Positions 12,509-26,079 are shown, counted from the first letter of the stretch. The stretch: DNA of 64,000 nucleotides from Macrostomum lignano (GCA_002269645.1 NIVC01001393.1:124001-188000), one strand, 5' to 3'. Program-made: numbers and translations. The notes: generated from the sequence alone by a model not told the origin.

Positions 12509-12940
12509 ATTTCAGGTGCAGCTGCCAGGAGTTGGTAGTCTTGGCCAACCTCCCCCCTCCCTTGTTCTACCGTTGGCCCAGTGAGGCCACCGCATTTTGG
12601 CCTCGAATCTTTGCCTTTTCTGGGTTTGCTAAATAAGAAAAAAGCTGAACAGTAGCAGCACTCGCCGAGTTTCCGTTTCGGATTTACTTTTTAAAGCAAA
12701 TCAAGTCACTGAAAAGTGGTCCCTCCGTTCGTTTTGCGTGCGCAAGCCGCTCTTAATTCCATCTTCTTTTTCGGTAAGCAACTTTTCTCTGTGTTTCTTT
12801 CAACGATGTGTTGATATGCTAAGCCTGTGTAGCGAGTAACTGCTGACGAGACCTGCATTTTTGCATTATTCCTCCCTTCAACCATTTAGTAATTTACCAG
12901 CGCGCCCGCCAAGGCCCGCTGCTAGCAGCCAGCAGTCAAG

Positions 12941-14737
12941 ATGGTTGGCTCCGACCTCATCGACATGTTCAACAAGTTCAAGGTGACAACCTACGTCGGC
13001 CTTGAAGACTTTGTTGACAAGTTGAACTTTCTATTCACCTGCTCGTTTCTAATGATCTGCTGCACTGTGGTGACGGTGAAAACGTATTTCATGTCGCCAC
13101 TGTCGTGCTACATCGCCACTCCAGTCTCCGGCACTGGCAACATGGATTACGTGAACGCCTGGTGCTGGGCAGAGGGCACCTACGCCATCGACGTGCGTGA
13201 CATGGACGGCTTGAACGTGCACAATCTGGACAACATCTCCCACTTGAAGATCCACTACTACCAATGGGTGCCGTTCGTACTAGGTAAAACCTAAGTGCTC
13301 TTCATTGTTGCTGCAACTGGGCTGATAGAGGGTCATTTTTATTATTCAGAAAGTCCACAGATTGAGCATGGCCCCTCTCTGCAAACTAACTGAATTTGCC
13401 AAATATTTTACATCCGCATTGTAGGACTCCAGTGCTGCCTGTTCTACATGCCTCGGGTGATCTGGCAGTTTTTCAGCCACAACTGCTCCGGTACAGATCT
13501 GGAGTACATAGTGTCCCTTTCTAACGATGCCGTCCACGCGGAGCCAGAGAAGCGGAAGAAGCTGGTGGACTACATCAATCGGAACCTGGTGAACGTGTTT
13601 TATCAACACAGGGAGTACCGCACATCCGGACTGACTGTGCTCAAACGTCAGATGCACCGTGTCTTCAGCTTCCTAATTCCTAGCAAGCGACTGGGCACCA
13701 AACTGGTGAACTTCTACTTGGTGGTGAAGATTTTGTACGCCGTGAACTCAGTGGGCCAGCTGTACCTCATGCACACCTTCCTGCGCATGCCTGGCAGCTA
13801 TCCCTTCTTCGGCATCGACCTGTTGCGCAACCTCAGCCACGGCCAGGACTGGCAGAACACGAAGATTTTCCCGCGCATCGGCGGCTGCGGAATGATGCTG
13901 AAAATTGCCGGCGCCACCCACTGGCAGATCGCGCAGTGCGCCCTGCCAGTCAACATGCTGAATGAGAAGCTGTACATCTTTCTGTGGTTCTGGATCTTCC
14001 TGCTGAGCATACTCAACTGCCTCAGCATCCTGCGCTGGGCAATCCGCATCACTATGCTGCCGCGCCAGTACAAATTCATCAAGAAATTCCTCCGCTTGAA
14101 CGGCGTCTACAACCGCGATTCAGCCGACAGCCACGGCCTGAAGAAGGCCATCAGGCAGTTCTGCAAGGCCTTCCTGCGCCAGGACGGCGTCTTCATCCTC
14201 AAGATGATTTCTATTAACACTGGCGACGTCATCTGCTCAGACATTGTGCACCGACTGTGGGAAACCTACAAGAAAAAGTACATCGAGCGGGACTTCCGCG
14301 ACGATACTGAGTACGAGCACAGTCAGGCGGCTGCGGCCGCGGCTGCCGCTGCTGCTGCGGCTGTCAGCGGGGCACCTGGCAGCGGCGGTGGCGAGGCTCC
14401 CAGCCAGGCGTTGAAGCTGCAGCCGGGCGAGATCGTCCCGGACACCATGCGGCCCATCGGCTTCACGACTGGCGGCAGCGACGACGGCAAGCGGCCGCTG
14501 CTCCACTCAGGCTCGCCAACTCCGCCGCCGCAGCCGATGCAGCCGCTGTCGGCAACTTCGTCGCCCCATAAGTCGACAATGAAGCTGAAGACTTCCAGTC
14601 AGCTGCAGCCGCCGGCTCTGCCCGACCGCTTCTATCAGCAGCAGGCGGCGCCGCCGAATCACGCGCTGTCGAATGGGGGCAAGTTGCTGCCGAGATTCGA
14701 CTCGCCGAACGTGTACACCGAGGACATGAGGAAGTGA
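12941..14737 (+). CDS. Innexin (invertebrate gap-junction protein); 2 coding exons, about 551 aa
   Basis: Exon 1 is 12941-13283 (LEDFVDKLN, CY...NAWCW, YYQWVP) with a phase-1 intron GTAAAA...TGTAG. Exon 2 is 13425-14737 (GLQCCLFYMP, FPR...C, CALPVNMLNEKLYIFLWFW, DGVFILKMI). A probable 5'-UTR intron runs from about 12775 to 12900. Confidence 0.95.
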
Positions 14738-15369
14738 TGGAGACGCCGAGAGAGAGAGGAAGTTTGCCGACCGGCATGGATAAACATTTTCAAGGGGTGC
14801 CCACTACGACTGTTGTTTGAAGCTAGATACTACTGAGAGTATAAATTGTTTATGCAATAAGTCATCGATAATATCGATTATTTATGTGTACAATATCTTC
14901 GGCTAATCAGTTTTCTCAAAAATGATTTTGAATCAGAATGGAAAAATTTACCGTAGTTTTGTAAAGAAGAAGCTTCTGCATTAGAAATCTTTATTTAATT
15001 GCTGTTATTTAATCGAATTTATAAATTAAAAAAGCATTCACTTGTTATTCAGATTATGTCAAGCAAAAGTTTTTCTCGAATTTGTTTTAACAGTTTGTTT
15101 TACAATTAATGAAGTTTTAAGTTTATACATTACATTTTATTGATTGAGACTTTCTTAGTACTAGCGTATTAAGCCGGCAAAAAAATTTCCCATCAATATT
15201 TCTTGCCTCAGTGAAATCAGTTTTTACCCGAAAGAAAAATACACTTTTTTGATCAAAAATTGTCTTGCAATGCAAATTCTTGACTTGTATTTGAATATGC
15301 GTCAGCTGCTGTGGTTACTACTAGTAGCTAGTGGACATTTTTAACGCAAATTTAAGGTCTCAATGATGA

Positions 15370-15745
15370 CTAATTGGGCTTTGATGATACTAATTGAGCC
15401 TAAATGGCGTTTAATAAAGGTTTGATAGCACTTTATTGAGCCTCCAAAAGCGCATAATTGAGCCTCGATAGCGCCTAATTTAATCTTGATAGCACTTAAT
15501 CGAGCCTTCATAGCACCTAATCGAGCTTTGATAGCACCTAATTGAGCCTTGATAGCGCCTAATTGAGCCTTGATAGCGCCTAATTGAGCTCTGATAGCGC
15601 CTAATTGAGCCTCGATAGCGCCTAATTGAGTCTCGATAGCGTCTAATTGATCAATTGAGCCCTGATAGCGCCTAATTGATCAATTGAGCCCTGATAGCGC
15701 CTAATTGATCAATTGAGCCCTGATAGCGCCTAATTGAGCCTCTAG
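15370..15745. repeat. Degenerate 20-bp minisatellite (CTAATTGAGCCTTGATAGCGC-like); one further unit near 16282-16312
   Basis: Tandem copies become more homogeneous toward the right. Confidence 0.85.
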
Positions 15746-16309
15746 AGCGCCAAAAACAGTTCCGGTACGCTCGTATGCAATCAACCACGTGATGAGTAGG
15801 CAATCAAAAATCTCTGCAGTAAACAGCAGCAGACACAACCTGGAGTGACAGGGCAGCAGGTTCAGTTCGAGCACAACTGCCATACGAATCCACTCTGCGT
15901 ATCGGAATCGAAAGACGAAATCAATACGACATATGCTGGTCAGCAAAGGCAGAGGATTAGCGAAGACGGGATTAAAGTATTACATAAGCCCTGTCGGTGC
16001 ATAGCTACTATGCGAATATCGCTGACAGCTGGCGTGTGGCTGCTGTCGAATAGCTCGGAACCAACCCCGTCCCCACATGCGATGACGCCTGTCTGCTCCG
16101 CATCCGCGCTTAGAGTGCTTTTATCAGTTCGAATCTCAGCCTTTCGTCTCAGCCTCATGAAAAATATTCATATTGGGATTCCATTTTGATAGCTAAATTT
16201 CCAACCACACCCGTGCAAGAACGACAGCTTTATCTTCAAAATGAATACTTACACACGAGCGTAATTTAGTCTTGTGGCATTTAATCGAGCCTTGATAGCG
16301 CCTAATTGA

Positions 16310-17035
16310 GCCTAACTCACCCTGCCCTCTTCTCACCCTTCCCTCTTCTCACCCTTCCCTCTTCTCACCCTTCCCTCTTCTCACCCTTCCCTCTTCTCAC
16401 CCTTCCCTCTTCTCACCCTTCACTCTTCTCCCCTTCCCTCTTCTCCCCCTTCCCTCTTTTCACCTGCCCTCTTCTCCCCTTCCCACTTCTCACCCTTCCC
16501 TCTTCTCACCCTGCCGTCTTCTCCCCTTCTCTCTTCTCACCCTTCCCTCTTCTCACCCTGCCCTCTTCTCCCCTTCCCTCTTCTCACCCTTCCCTCTTCT
16601 CACCCTTCACTCTTCTCCCCTTCCCTCTTCTCCCCCTTCCCTCTTTTCACCTGCCCTCTTCTCCCCTTCCCACTTCTCACCCTTCCCTCTTCTCACCCTT
16701 CCCTCTTCTCACCCTGCCCTCTTCTCCCCTTCCCTCTTCTCACCCTTCCCTCTTCTCACCCTGCCGTCTTCTCCCCTTCTCTTTTCTCACCCTTTCCTCT
16801 TCTCACCCTGCCCTCTTCTCACCCTGCCGTCTTCTCACCCTGCCCTCTTCTCACCCTGCCCTCTTCTCACCCTGCCCTCTTCTCACCCTGCCGTCTTCTC
16901 ACCCTGCCGTCTTCTCACCCTGCCCTCTTCTCACCCTGCCCTCTTCTCACCCTGCCCTCTTCTCACCCTGCCCTCTTCTCACCCTTCCCTCTTCTCACCC
17001 TGCCCTCTTCTCACCCTCCCCTCTTCTCCCCTCCC
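16310..17035. repeat. Pyrimidine-rich minisatellite of about 15 bp (CCCTCTTCTCACCCT)n
   Basis: Tandem imperfect units; the 264-aa ORF is an artefact. Confidence 0.9.
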
Positions 17036-17125
17036 CCGGGTACAGCACCGATTTGGTGACTCGCTCGTCACCGCTCTTGAAAGTGGGCCTCAGCTGTTAG
17101 AGCAAGCCTGCTGGACTGTCCGAAG
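17036..17125 (-). mobile_element. Short fragment of the same RTE-like LINE
   Basis: Reverse strand reads AGLL*..TFKSGDERVTKSVLY and shares GGTGACTCGCTCGTC with the 5.5-kb copy. Confidence 0.55.
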
Positions 17126-17304
17126 TGCATAAATGCAAAATGCAGCTACAACAGGTAATTTAATTCTAATACGAGTATGACTTGATTCTCTGACAAGGAC
17201 ATGCCATGAGTATACGACAAGTATATGTTTACGTTCGGTCCTCAATAAGCCTCAAATTCTTACGAATATTTTTAATAAGTATGGTTGAATAAGCGCGCAT
17301 AACT

Positions 17305-17732
17305 TAAGCGCCACTTAATTTGTGTCTGAATGAAATAAGCGCGCAGTTTGAATTGTGTCTCAATGAAATAAGCGCGCAGTTTGATTTTTGTCTGAATGAA
17401 ATAAGCGAGCGGTTTGATTTGTGTCTGAATGAAATAAGCGAGCGGTTTGATTTGTGTCTCAATGAAATAAGCGCGCAGTTTGATTTGTGTCTGAATGAAA
17501 TAAGCGAGCGGTTTGATTTGTGTCTCAATGAAATAAGCGAGCGGTTTGATTTGTGTCTCAATGAAATAAGCGAGCGGTTTGATTTGTGTCTGAATGAAAT
17601 AAGCGAGCGGTTTGATTTGTGTCTCAATGAAATAAGCGAGCGGTTTGATTTGTGTCTCAACGAAATAAGCGAGCGGTTTGATTTGTGTCTCAATGAAATA
17701 AGCGCGCAGTTTGATTTGTGTCTCAATGAAAT
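17305..17732. repeat. 33-bp minisatellite (AATGAAATAAGCGAGCGGTTTGATTTGTGTCTC)n, about 13 copies
   Basis: Tandem array with 11-aa ORF periodicity. Confidence 0.95.
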
Positions 17733-18255
17733 GGGTCGCCATCATAAACCCGAAATATCATAACTCCGAAATTGCTAGCAACGCACATCATAAACCCGTA
17801 AAATCACAACCCGAAATATCATATCTCCGAAAACCAAACTAGTGTTGGACATTGCTAGAATGCTCGTATGATATTTCGGGTTGTGATTTTTCGGGTTTAT
17901 CATGTGCGTTGCTAGCAATTTCGGAGTTATGATATTTCGTGTTTATGATGTGTGTTGCTATCAATTTCGGAGTTATGATATTTAGGGTTTGTGATATTTC
18001 GGGTTTATGATATATCGGGTTTGTGATATTTCGGGTTTATGATATTTCGGGTTTATGATATTTCGGGTTTGTGATATTTCGGGTTTGTGATATTTCGGGT
18101 TTGTGATATTTCGGGTTTATGATATTTCGGGTTTGTGATATTTCGGGTTTGTGATATTTCGGGTTTATGATATTTCGGGTTTATGATATTTCGGGTTTAT
18201 GATGGAAAGCGCTTTTCGGAGTTCATATTTTTCGGGTTTGTGATGCCCCCCCCCC
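17733..18255. mobile_element. Foldback/Mutator-like non-autonomous element with an internal 82-bp hairpin and tandem subrepeats of about 16 bp
   Basis: Imperfect TIRs GGG..CATCATAAACCCGAAA / TTTCGGGTTTGTGATG..CCC. TSD (C)AATGAAAT at 17725-17732 and 18256-18263. Inverted arms at 17741-17822 and 17868-17949. Confidence 0.7.
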
Positions 18256-19069
18256 AATGAAATAAGTGATGTAATGTGAGTAAAATGTCTTATCTGCATT
18301 GGTTCTGGCATGGCGCGCCAGTGCTGCCAGTGCTCACTTAATCAATCATCCCCGTAAGCAGATCTCAAGTCTCAAGCGTTCGCCATATTTGTCATTACCC
18401 GGCTTTGTTTAGATTGAAGTTAAAAGCAGAAAATTTCCGTCTGATTAAATCACAGTGCTAGGCAAGCTAAGATGAAGAATGCTTCTGCTCAGGCTGCTAC
18501 TTCCGACCGTGCGCGAAGCCATGCGGCTTCCTTTTCAGATTAAGCCCGCCCCATCCCTCCCCTCTTCCCGACTCGGCCCCATCCCTCATCCTCATTACGC
18601 CCCCTCCTATTCGAGTCTCGCAGGAGCACTAAAACTGACTCTAAAAATAGACTCTCGCCTATTCAGCCCCGGCGTCAGCTGAAACATCTGCGGATAGCAG
18701 AGAAAGAACGAAGCCATATAGAATTCGGGATCGCTTCTTTTGTTCGATTTTCTTCCCATCGGCAAGCGTCCTACCCGCGGGCAGCAAACTAGCGAAAACG
18801 TTACTATGCCATGGCGGAGCCAAGCAAGCGGTAGACATTGCGATGAAGCATGGACGACTGTATTTAAGCACCTAGGAGAATCTAGGAGTCCTTGGATGAA
18901 GCTAAAACCTTTAAAATATCTACCCCTAACGTCTGCTTCAAGCTAGGAGTGCCAGTCTCCGTTTTAGAACTATGAAACTGTGCGGGATTTATGCTAACAG
19001 TATTCTGAATAACATCAGTAAAATACCGAAATTCTTAGACAGAACTAAAACGAATCCTGTGCTGGAAGT

Positions 19070-19112
19070 CCTTTCTCTCTTTCTTTCCCTTCTCTCCCCT
19101 AACTCTCTCCTC

Positions 19113-19154
<42 letters not shown>

Positions 19155-19620
19155 CTTCTCTCCTTGTCTCTCCACTCTCCTCTCTCCTCCCCTCTACTTC
19201 TCTCCTCCTCTCTCCTTCTCTCTCCCTCTCCCTCTCTCTCCTATCTCCTCCTCTCTCCCTCTCTCCTATCTCCTCCTCTCTCCCTCTCTCCTATCTCCTC
19301 CTCTCTCCCTCTCTCCTATCTCCTCCTCTCTCCCTCTCTCCTCTCTCCTCCTCTCTCCCTCTCTCCTATCTCCTCCTCTCTCCCTCTCTCCTATCTCCTC
19401 CTCTCTCCCTCTCTCCTATCTCCTCCTCTCTCCCTCTCTCCTATCTCCTCCTCTCTCCCTCTCTCCTATTTCCTCCTCTCTCCCTCTCTCCTATCTCCTC
19501 CTCTCTCCTTCTCTCCTATCTCCTCCTCTCTCCCTCTCTCCTATCTCCTCCTCTCTCCTTCTCTCCTATCTCCTCCTCTCTCCCTCTCTCCTATCTCCTC
19601 CTCTCTCCTTCTCTCTCTCC
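19070..19620. repeat. CT-rich microsatellite/minisatellite
   Basis: (CT)n followed by CTCTCCTATCTCCTCCTCTCTCC-type units. Confidence 0.9.
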
Positions 19621-20723
19621 CCTTGTCTATTATGTTTTAATAAATTTGTTAACTGATGAAGCATTTAGTTGAGAGTTCGAAGCGGCATGAATCATCTGTT
19701 AGTCTCCAACTGCACAACGAGTTACTCTGCTCATCCTTTGCCTCTTTGACATTTCTTTCTCACCGACATGCCCTCCAGAATCGAGGACGGGAAACGGGAA
19801 CTATCCGCCTTCTTTTCAAAAAATTCCCGGTAGCAAGCTGAATCAGCTTTCGAACCCCCTTACCCCCCCCCCCCGGTCTGATAATCCCCTCCCCCGTAGC
19901 GTCTCGTCTCTGTAGCAGCCAGCATGAAGCAGCGACAGTCGAGAGAGAAATTGAGAGGCAATTCCCTAAAAATAGGATATAAATGTACAAATGGAGGCAT
20001 AACATTTGTGCAACAAAATACAATCAGACATTAATAATAGAAGCCGATTAATTATTATTTAACATATTGTATTTGCAACTTTGACTGTGTAAAAATTGGT
20101 CAGGCCAAAGAAAAATACTTCAGAGAAGGGAGTGCCGACTATTGGCTCAGCTTCAAGGCTTCATCGCCTGCAACGAGGCGCAGGACATCCCTATTTTTAA
20201 TGGGAAGGGCTGATTTATGACTTGATATGGGAACAGGTCGCGTGAGGACAGATTTGAGTAGCGAGCGAGTCAGGGAGAGAGAGAGAAGCAGTAATGACCT
20301 TGGAACATTCGTCAGAGAAAAATGCGGAAAGCAAATGACAATGACGAGGCAAGCGGCTGATGGCTGTCGCCCACTGAGACGGCAACAGAGCGCACAAAGC
20401 ACTATTTTTAGTATGTAATTCTGATGAGCCGACAGATAGAATCAACAGTAACAAAGTGATCCGCCATTAGCAACACACAGCCGAAAATGCAGTTTTGTTT
20501 TGCGAGGCAAGGGGCGGTCATTGGCCTTTAGTTACCGCCGCGATCTGAATTATCTGCACAGCGGCTGTTGGACGCAATAGCGGAAGCCTCGCATCTCATC
20601 TGGTGCTCCCAGAGGCTGCGCAGAATGTCTGAAAAAAACAAATGCCACATCGAAATATAATAGAGAATATCTTCAGCTGAAATTACGCTCGTAGAGCACT
20701 TATTCTGCAGGCATTTACTCTAG

Positions 20724-21034
20724 AGGGGGTTCTAGCCTAAGTGGTTTGAGCGTCGGACTCACGACTTGAAGGTCGGGGTTCGATTCCCAATCCCACTGGA
20801 ACAAGTTGTGTCCTTGAGCAAGATACTTAACTCTGCATTGCTTCAGTTCACCCAGCTGTAAAATGGGTGCCAGCATTAGCTGGGGTAATTGAGGGTGTGT
20901 GTGGCGACCCCCCAGTCCTTGGACTGAACAGCCGTACGCAGCCTTCAGATGCGCCGCGCAATAGCTGCGGCTGAGCTGTCGGTTGCTCATCTGACCCAAT
21001 TGGGGCAGGTGTAATCAATTATTATTATTATTAT
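20724..21034 (+). mobile_element. tRNA-derived SINE with a CORE-like central domain
   Basis: A box TAGCCTAAGTGG, B box GGTTCGATTCCC (20777), central GTGTCCTTGAGCAAGATACTTAAC...CTGTAAAATGGG and a (TTA)n tail. A second, highly similar copy lies at about 33540-33880. Confidence 0.85.
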
Positions 21035-21622
21035 CGACAGGCTTGGTGCAGGCACGCATTCATACACACGCGCACACAGGGTGTACAGCGGCCTACACAT
21101 GTACACCTGTGCTTTGGGGGTTGGCCCTCATGGCTGTGAATCGCACGACAACTTTCCGCCAATGTACGGCGTACACAAGGCCCAAATGAATTTGGCCGCG
21201 CATGCAATCGAACCAAGGGGTCGCCGGTCGTCGTGACGCGAGAGTCACCTACCATTTTATCACTGACCCCAGCGTGGTGTTGCATCAAAGTTCCCTGGGT
21301 TCGATTCTCTGGCAAAGTTACAATTCAGAGTCAGGCCTGAGTTACTCTGAACAGTCAGGAGTCATTATATTTCACTGGCTCACAATGAGTCGGTTCAGCA
21401 GTAAACATATCCTTGTACGCGAGGTGTCTTCAAAAGGTCGCATAAACGGATATTTTTAACTTCCTATCTCGCCCGATCCTGTGGCCCAACGCACGCTATA
21501 TTATAACAACAGTGCGGATCTAACCTATCGGGAAACTTAGAATTGTAACTAACCAAATTAGCTAGTTTTTTAAACCAAGTTGCATGACAAGTTTGCGCAA
21601 CATTTTTTATAAATGATCTCAC

Positions 21623-21908
21623 CGGAAGAGCCGGCCAGGTGCTGCCGCATCAGCTCCTCGGGATCCGTTGCCGACTCCTCTGTGTCCATCGCTGGCGACG
21701 CCGACTGTCTCTTGTCGTTGTCGTCGTCGCAGTCGTTGTTGGCGACGGCAGCGTCTGGAAATTCGAACTGACGACCAAGTTCCACTGGAGACGGGCTGTC
21801 CAGGAATCTCCTGTTGGATTTGTTGTAGATCCGGTAGGTCGTGGCGTGCTGACGCGGTTCAGAATCGCCGCTGACGGACAGGCAGGACTCGGCCTCCTCA
21901 TCTACCAT
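21623..21908 (-). CDS. Probable first coding exon of an uncharacterised acidic/low-complexity protein
   Basis: Acceptor CCAG at 21924, CCACCATGG start context, GC-rich open frame MVDEEAESCLSVSGDSEPR...GSSG, and donor GTGAGA at 21622. A candidate next exon is 20628-20536 (phase 1-1). No family recognised. Confidence 0.5.
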
Positions 21909-22589
21909 GGTGGACAAAGCGCCTGGTCGGAGTGGGTGCAGGCACTCTTTAGATAAATTAATAAAGTCCCGTATGGTTTTGGGGATTGTCGGCTCGAATA
22001 GGGATTATCAAACACAAAGGGACAGGAAATAGGATATTAGATCCCCGCGTTTCGACTAATCCCCAACACGGGATTAATTAGGAAACAGCCTTCGAGTAGC
22101 GCGTTAGTTTCTGCCCACGATCATAAATTTAGCACTTGAGTCTTTGCTTTGAACAGATCAGAATCGCACGCACTTACTAATTAAGCATCCAAAAACGTTT
22201 CTTGCCGGCTTTCGATGGGACGATTTTTCTTGCTGTTGAGGTGCTTTGGCTGGCAACCTGCAGTAAGGCAGTTAGGAGTGCTTTCGATTGTAATCAAATT
22301 AGGCATAAAATATAGTATAAACAACCCACACTTGGTCAATGCACACTTAAAAGTCATGAAAGCTACTCGTATGCGAGCGTAGAAGGCACGACTGAATTAA
22401 CAGGGTAAATCATTTGTATCAACTTCTAATTAACTAGATTGTTGAATTGAATAATAACTATCTAAAGATTGTTCTTGCACCCAGAACAAACATAATAAAG
22501 AACTAAAAAAAGAAAAAAACTCATACAATAAAAAACACGAATCAAAAAACAATTACAGTAAAGAAAGAAAAAAATAAGATAAAATTCAT

Positions 22590-22728
22590 TGGTCTCAACT
22601 CAGGGACGGGTACTTCAGGACGGGTAATCCAGGGACGGGTGCTTCAGGGAAGGGGTACATCAGAAACGGGTACTTCAGGGACGGGGTACTTCAGGGACAG
22701 GTACTTCAGGGACGGGGCCTTCAGGGAC
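22590..22728. repeat. 14-15-bp repeat (CAGGGACGGGTACTT)n, continued at 26080-26097 beyond an inserted element
   Basis: The same unit resumes directly after the 3.35-kb TIR element. Confidence 0.8.
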
Positions 22729-25700
22729 CCCAAGACGCCCAAAATTGTGATAATTGCGCATTAATTACAATTGAATTTGCAAAATTTGGCAATTATTGCA
22801 AATTAATTGGCAATTGATTGTCAATCTTGATAAGCAAATTATAATTAAATTGCAATCTCGACAAGCAGATTACAATTAGATTGCAATTGTGACAATTAAA
22901 TTGTAATTAGCGCAAGAGGATTGGCAATCAAATTACAATTTGCTTAAGCAATTCTGATTGTAACTTCGCTTTTTATCTTGCTACTACTAGTAATACATAC
23001 AATTAATATACTGCATTGATTTTTGTTTCATAGGAGAGTAGAATATTCAGTTAATTGATTCCCTCATACACATAAATACACACTTGCCCATTAGAAAATA
23101 ACAAACAAGTTCAGAAAACAAAACCAACTTATGCCAATTGCAACCAACCACTTCAACAAAACATTAAATTGACAACATTTTTAGCAAGACTCAAGATACT
23201 ATTTATATTTTAATGAATTAATTAGAGCTAATGCATTTTAGGATTATGGTGAGGAAATACGTTTTTGCAGCAATAAATAAATCAGTCTGTTGAGCTGGTC
23301 TGTTTTTGTAGCAATAAATTGGGCCATTGGTTCTTCCTTCCTTAGGACCCTGGATGGGCTGCTGCTCCTTTGCTGGTCTGTTGAGCTGGAAAAATAGTTT
23401 TGTTATTAGAGATAGGTAAAAGAAAAGAACGACATATTAATCATATGCCTATTTAAAACTCATTCTAAAATAAGGCTACATAGTAAATGACTTAGCAATG
23501 ACATTGCCTTTTGGCCTTGGCTATATATTAAAGTCATCTCATCAAGCATATAATTCCTAACTAGGTCTAGGCTGATCTATTTACTAATAGTATTACAAAA
23601 TTTATACAATAACCAAGATAACTTACCATTATCATTAGACTTATTTTATAGTATAGATTAGGGGCCTATGATCAAATTTACTTCTAGTTTGGCTCTATTA
23701 GGCTTTGTAATTAGTTAAACTTAATTTAATGATTCTTATTTGAGTATAGTTAAAATCCAATTTTATAACTCAAAACTAAAATATAGAAATAGGCTAAGGA
23801 CTTTTATCTTTAGACTAACTTACTTAGTGAAGGTCATGTAACCAGCATAAAAATTCTTAGTTTAGACTATAATATATACTATATAAGACAATATTTGGTT
23901 ATTACACCTTTTCACATTCAATTTTGATCAAAGTCCAGTTCTAAAAAAACTAGTAGAAATTTAACTAGACAATTTTATTTATGGCTAAACCTTGCTTTGG
24001 TGCAGAATTTTTTGAACTAGATTTTGTTTTATTGATTTTTCACAAGTATTGCCCTAGGCCTAGTCTGAATTGTCTAAATTGAATTTCTGTTAGTTTTTTA
24101 GAATTGGCTTTTAATCAAAATTGATCATGAAAAGGTGTATTATGCCTACTAAAGACACTAAATAAATTATGATTTAGGCTATATTATGGTTTTAAATAAT
24201 ATAGTCCTAAATAATATTTGAATAGAATATAATATTAGAATAAAAAGACATTTAGAATAGTTGGATAAGATAGCCTAGGTGGCAAGTCCATTATAGCCAT
24301 AATATAAGTCTTGGACACTAAAGTTAAGAAAGCTAAGCTAATGAAAAGCTTTGCTAGGTAGGCTATATTATACCTATAACTATACTTGGGTTTATGAGCT
24401 ATGAGTAAAATTTAAAGGCCAATTGGGCAAAGCAAATTATAAATATAAAAAGCAATTACTTTTTTAAATATTAGGCTTCACATAGCCAAGGCCTGCTCCT
24501 CAAAATTTCAATTAATAATTGCTCATATTGTCTAAATAAATTAGCTAATTGCTAATAATAATATTAGTAATATTCTAATAATAATAATAATAATAATAAT
24601 ATTTTTGCACTTTTTGCAGCATTATTATTATTAGGCCTATACAATAAAGTCAATTTAGACCTACTCTACCCACTTGGCTACTATCACAAAGCAATAGGCC
24701 TTTGCCACAGCCAGGAAGACGGTAGAATCCTCGGAATTTTCCGGCGCAAATCAGCAATTTGCCGGCGCACGGCGCACACTTCACTGCGCCGCGCGCATGG
24801 GCTCGGCGCATCGGCGCATGGCTCGGTGCATCGGTGCATGGCTCGGCGCATGGCGCACAAGGTACGTCAGTGTACGTGACAATATAATAATGAATAATAA
24901 AAAAACGTATATTAAATGTCAATCAATCAATAAAATAAACGATAGTCGATACGATAGTCGTTATTTCCAATGTTGTTTCTATTTCAAATTTCATTAATCG
25001 ACTTAACAAACTTAACAAATTTGCGCCTTTCGCGGCTTTTGTTGCGTCTTTTTGCTTATATTTTGCAAATAGAAGCCATGATTGAACTGCTTGAACTTCC
25101 ATTGATATTGATTCAATTTAGATACTTAATACTTGATGGTGCTTTTTCAAGTGTATTTTTCTCGGCGCATGGCGCACAACAAAAATTTTGATGGATGTTA
25201 TTCCGGCGCACACGCTGCACCTTCCTGACCATGGGGCCTTTGCTAGTTTTTTTAGAAGAAAACACAACAGAACACAAAGACACAACACAAGCCTGCTACC
25301 ATAGCCAACTAGGTTACATTAAATTTACAGGTAATATCTTATAGGGCCACCTCTCTATCCAATCTATAGTCTATATATAATAGGCCAACTCTATGATGTA
25401 GATTATGCTTATAATATAATGTCATCACATCACACAACAGAGGCACAAGCACAACACAAGACTAGGCTTAGGCCTACAATAAAATAGGGGCTAGGCTACT
25501 GAAACTGAAATTAAAAGCACTAAATTAATATTATTAGAATAATTATTTGGTTAGCTTTTACAGGCTTAGCCTTTTAATTAATGCTGATTATAATTATGAC
25601 GTGTTCATAACTATTACAACAAGTCAAGTAGCCGTAGGGAGAGCTATACTTCAGGCTGTATGGCTAACTTATGATTATAGAAAACATGGCGGACATTTTG

Positions 25701-26079
25701 CAGCATTTTTGCTCAAAGCAAATCCTAATACATCGCATAAAACAAATTATAAACATTTTCCTTAAAAATGCTGCTAAAACAAATCTTTACAAAATATGGC
25801 TATCCAAACTGTAGTTATTGGCTCATTTCCTTTATCGCTAACACAAAATTATAAAACAGTTAAAGTTCACAATCAAATTGCAATTCGTCCAATTTAATAT
25901 TCTAAGTATTCTACTGTAAGTAGAGAGTAAAGCATTTTAGTAGAATTGCAATAATTACAAGTGAATTGCACAAGTGAATTGCAATTTAACTAATTTTAGG
26001 GAAATAAAATTGCAATTACGGCAATTATTTCAATTTTATTGCAATATTCCCAATTTCATCGCAATCCGGGTGTCTTGGG
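22729..26079. mobile_element. 3.35-kb non-autonomous TIR element with CCC termini (EnSpm/CACTA-like or unclassified)
   Basis: Left end CCCAAGACGCCCAAAATTGTGATAATTG; right end reverse-complemented CCCAAGACACCCGGATTGCGATGAAATTG. Both subterminal regions are rich in (A)ATTGCAAT motifs. No coding remnant found. Confidence 0.7.
24705..25234. mobile_element. 530-bp hAT-type MITE nested in the 3.35-kb element
   Basis: TIRs CCACAGCCAGGAAG / CTTCCTGACCATGG, 8-bp TSD GGCCTTTG (24697-24704 and 25235-25242), and subterminal GGCGCA repeats. Confidence 0.8.

Noticed and set aside
15766-16263. Possible TA-flanked MITE with TACGCTCGT inverted ends interrupting the 20-bp array
   Set aside because: The match is only about 11 bp, and the motif is common in the window on its own.
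20139-20402. Minus-strand ORF ending ...DVLRLVAGDEALKLSQ as an exon of the orphan gene
   Set aside because: No acceptor gives a phase compatible with the upstream candidate exons in that frame.
20724-20800. Functional tRNA gene (also near 33800-33880 and 43153-43228)
   Set aside because: A and B boxes are present but the stems are degenerate and continue into SINE bodies.
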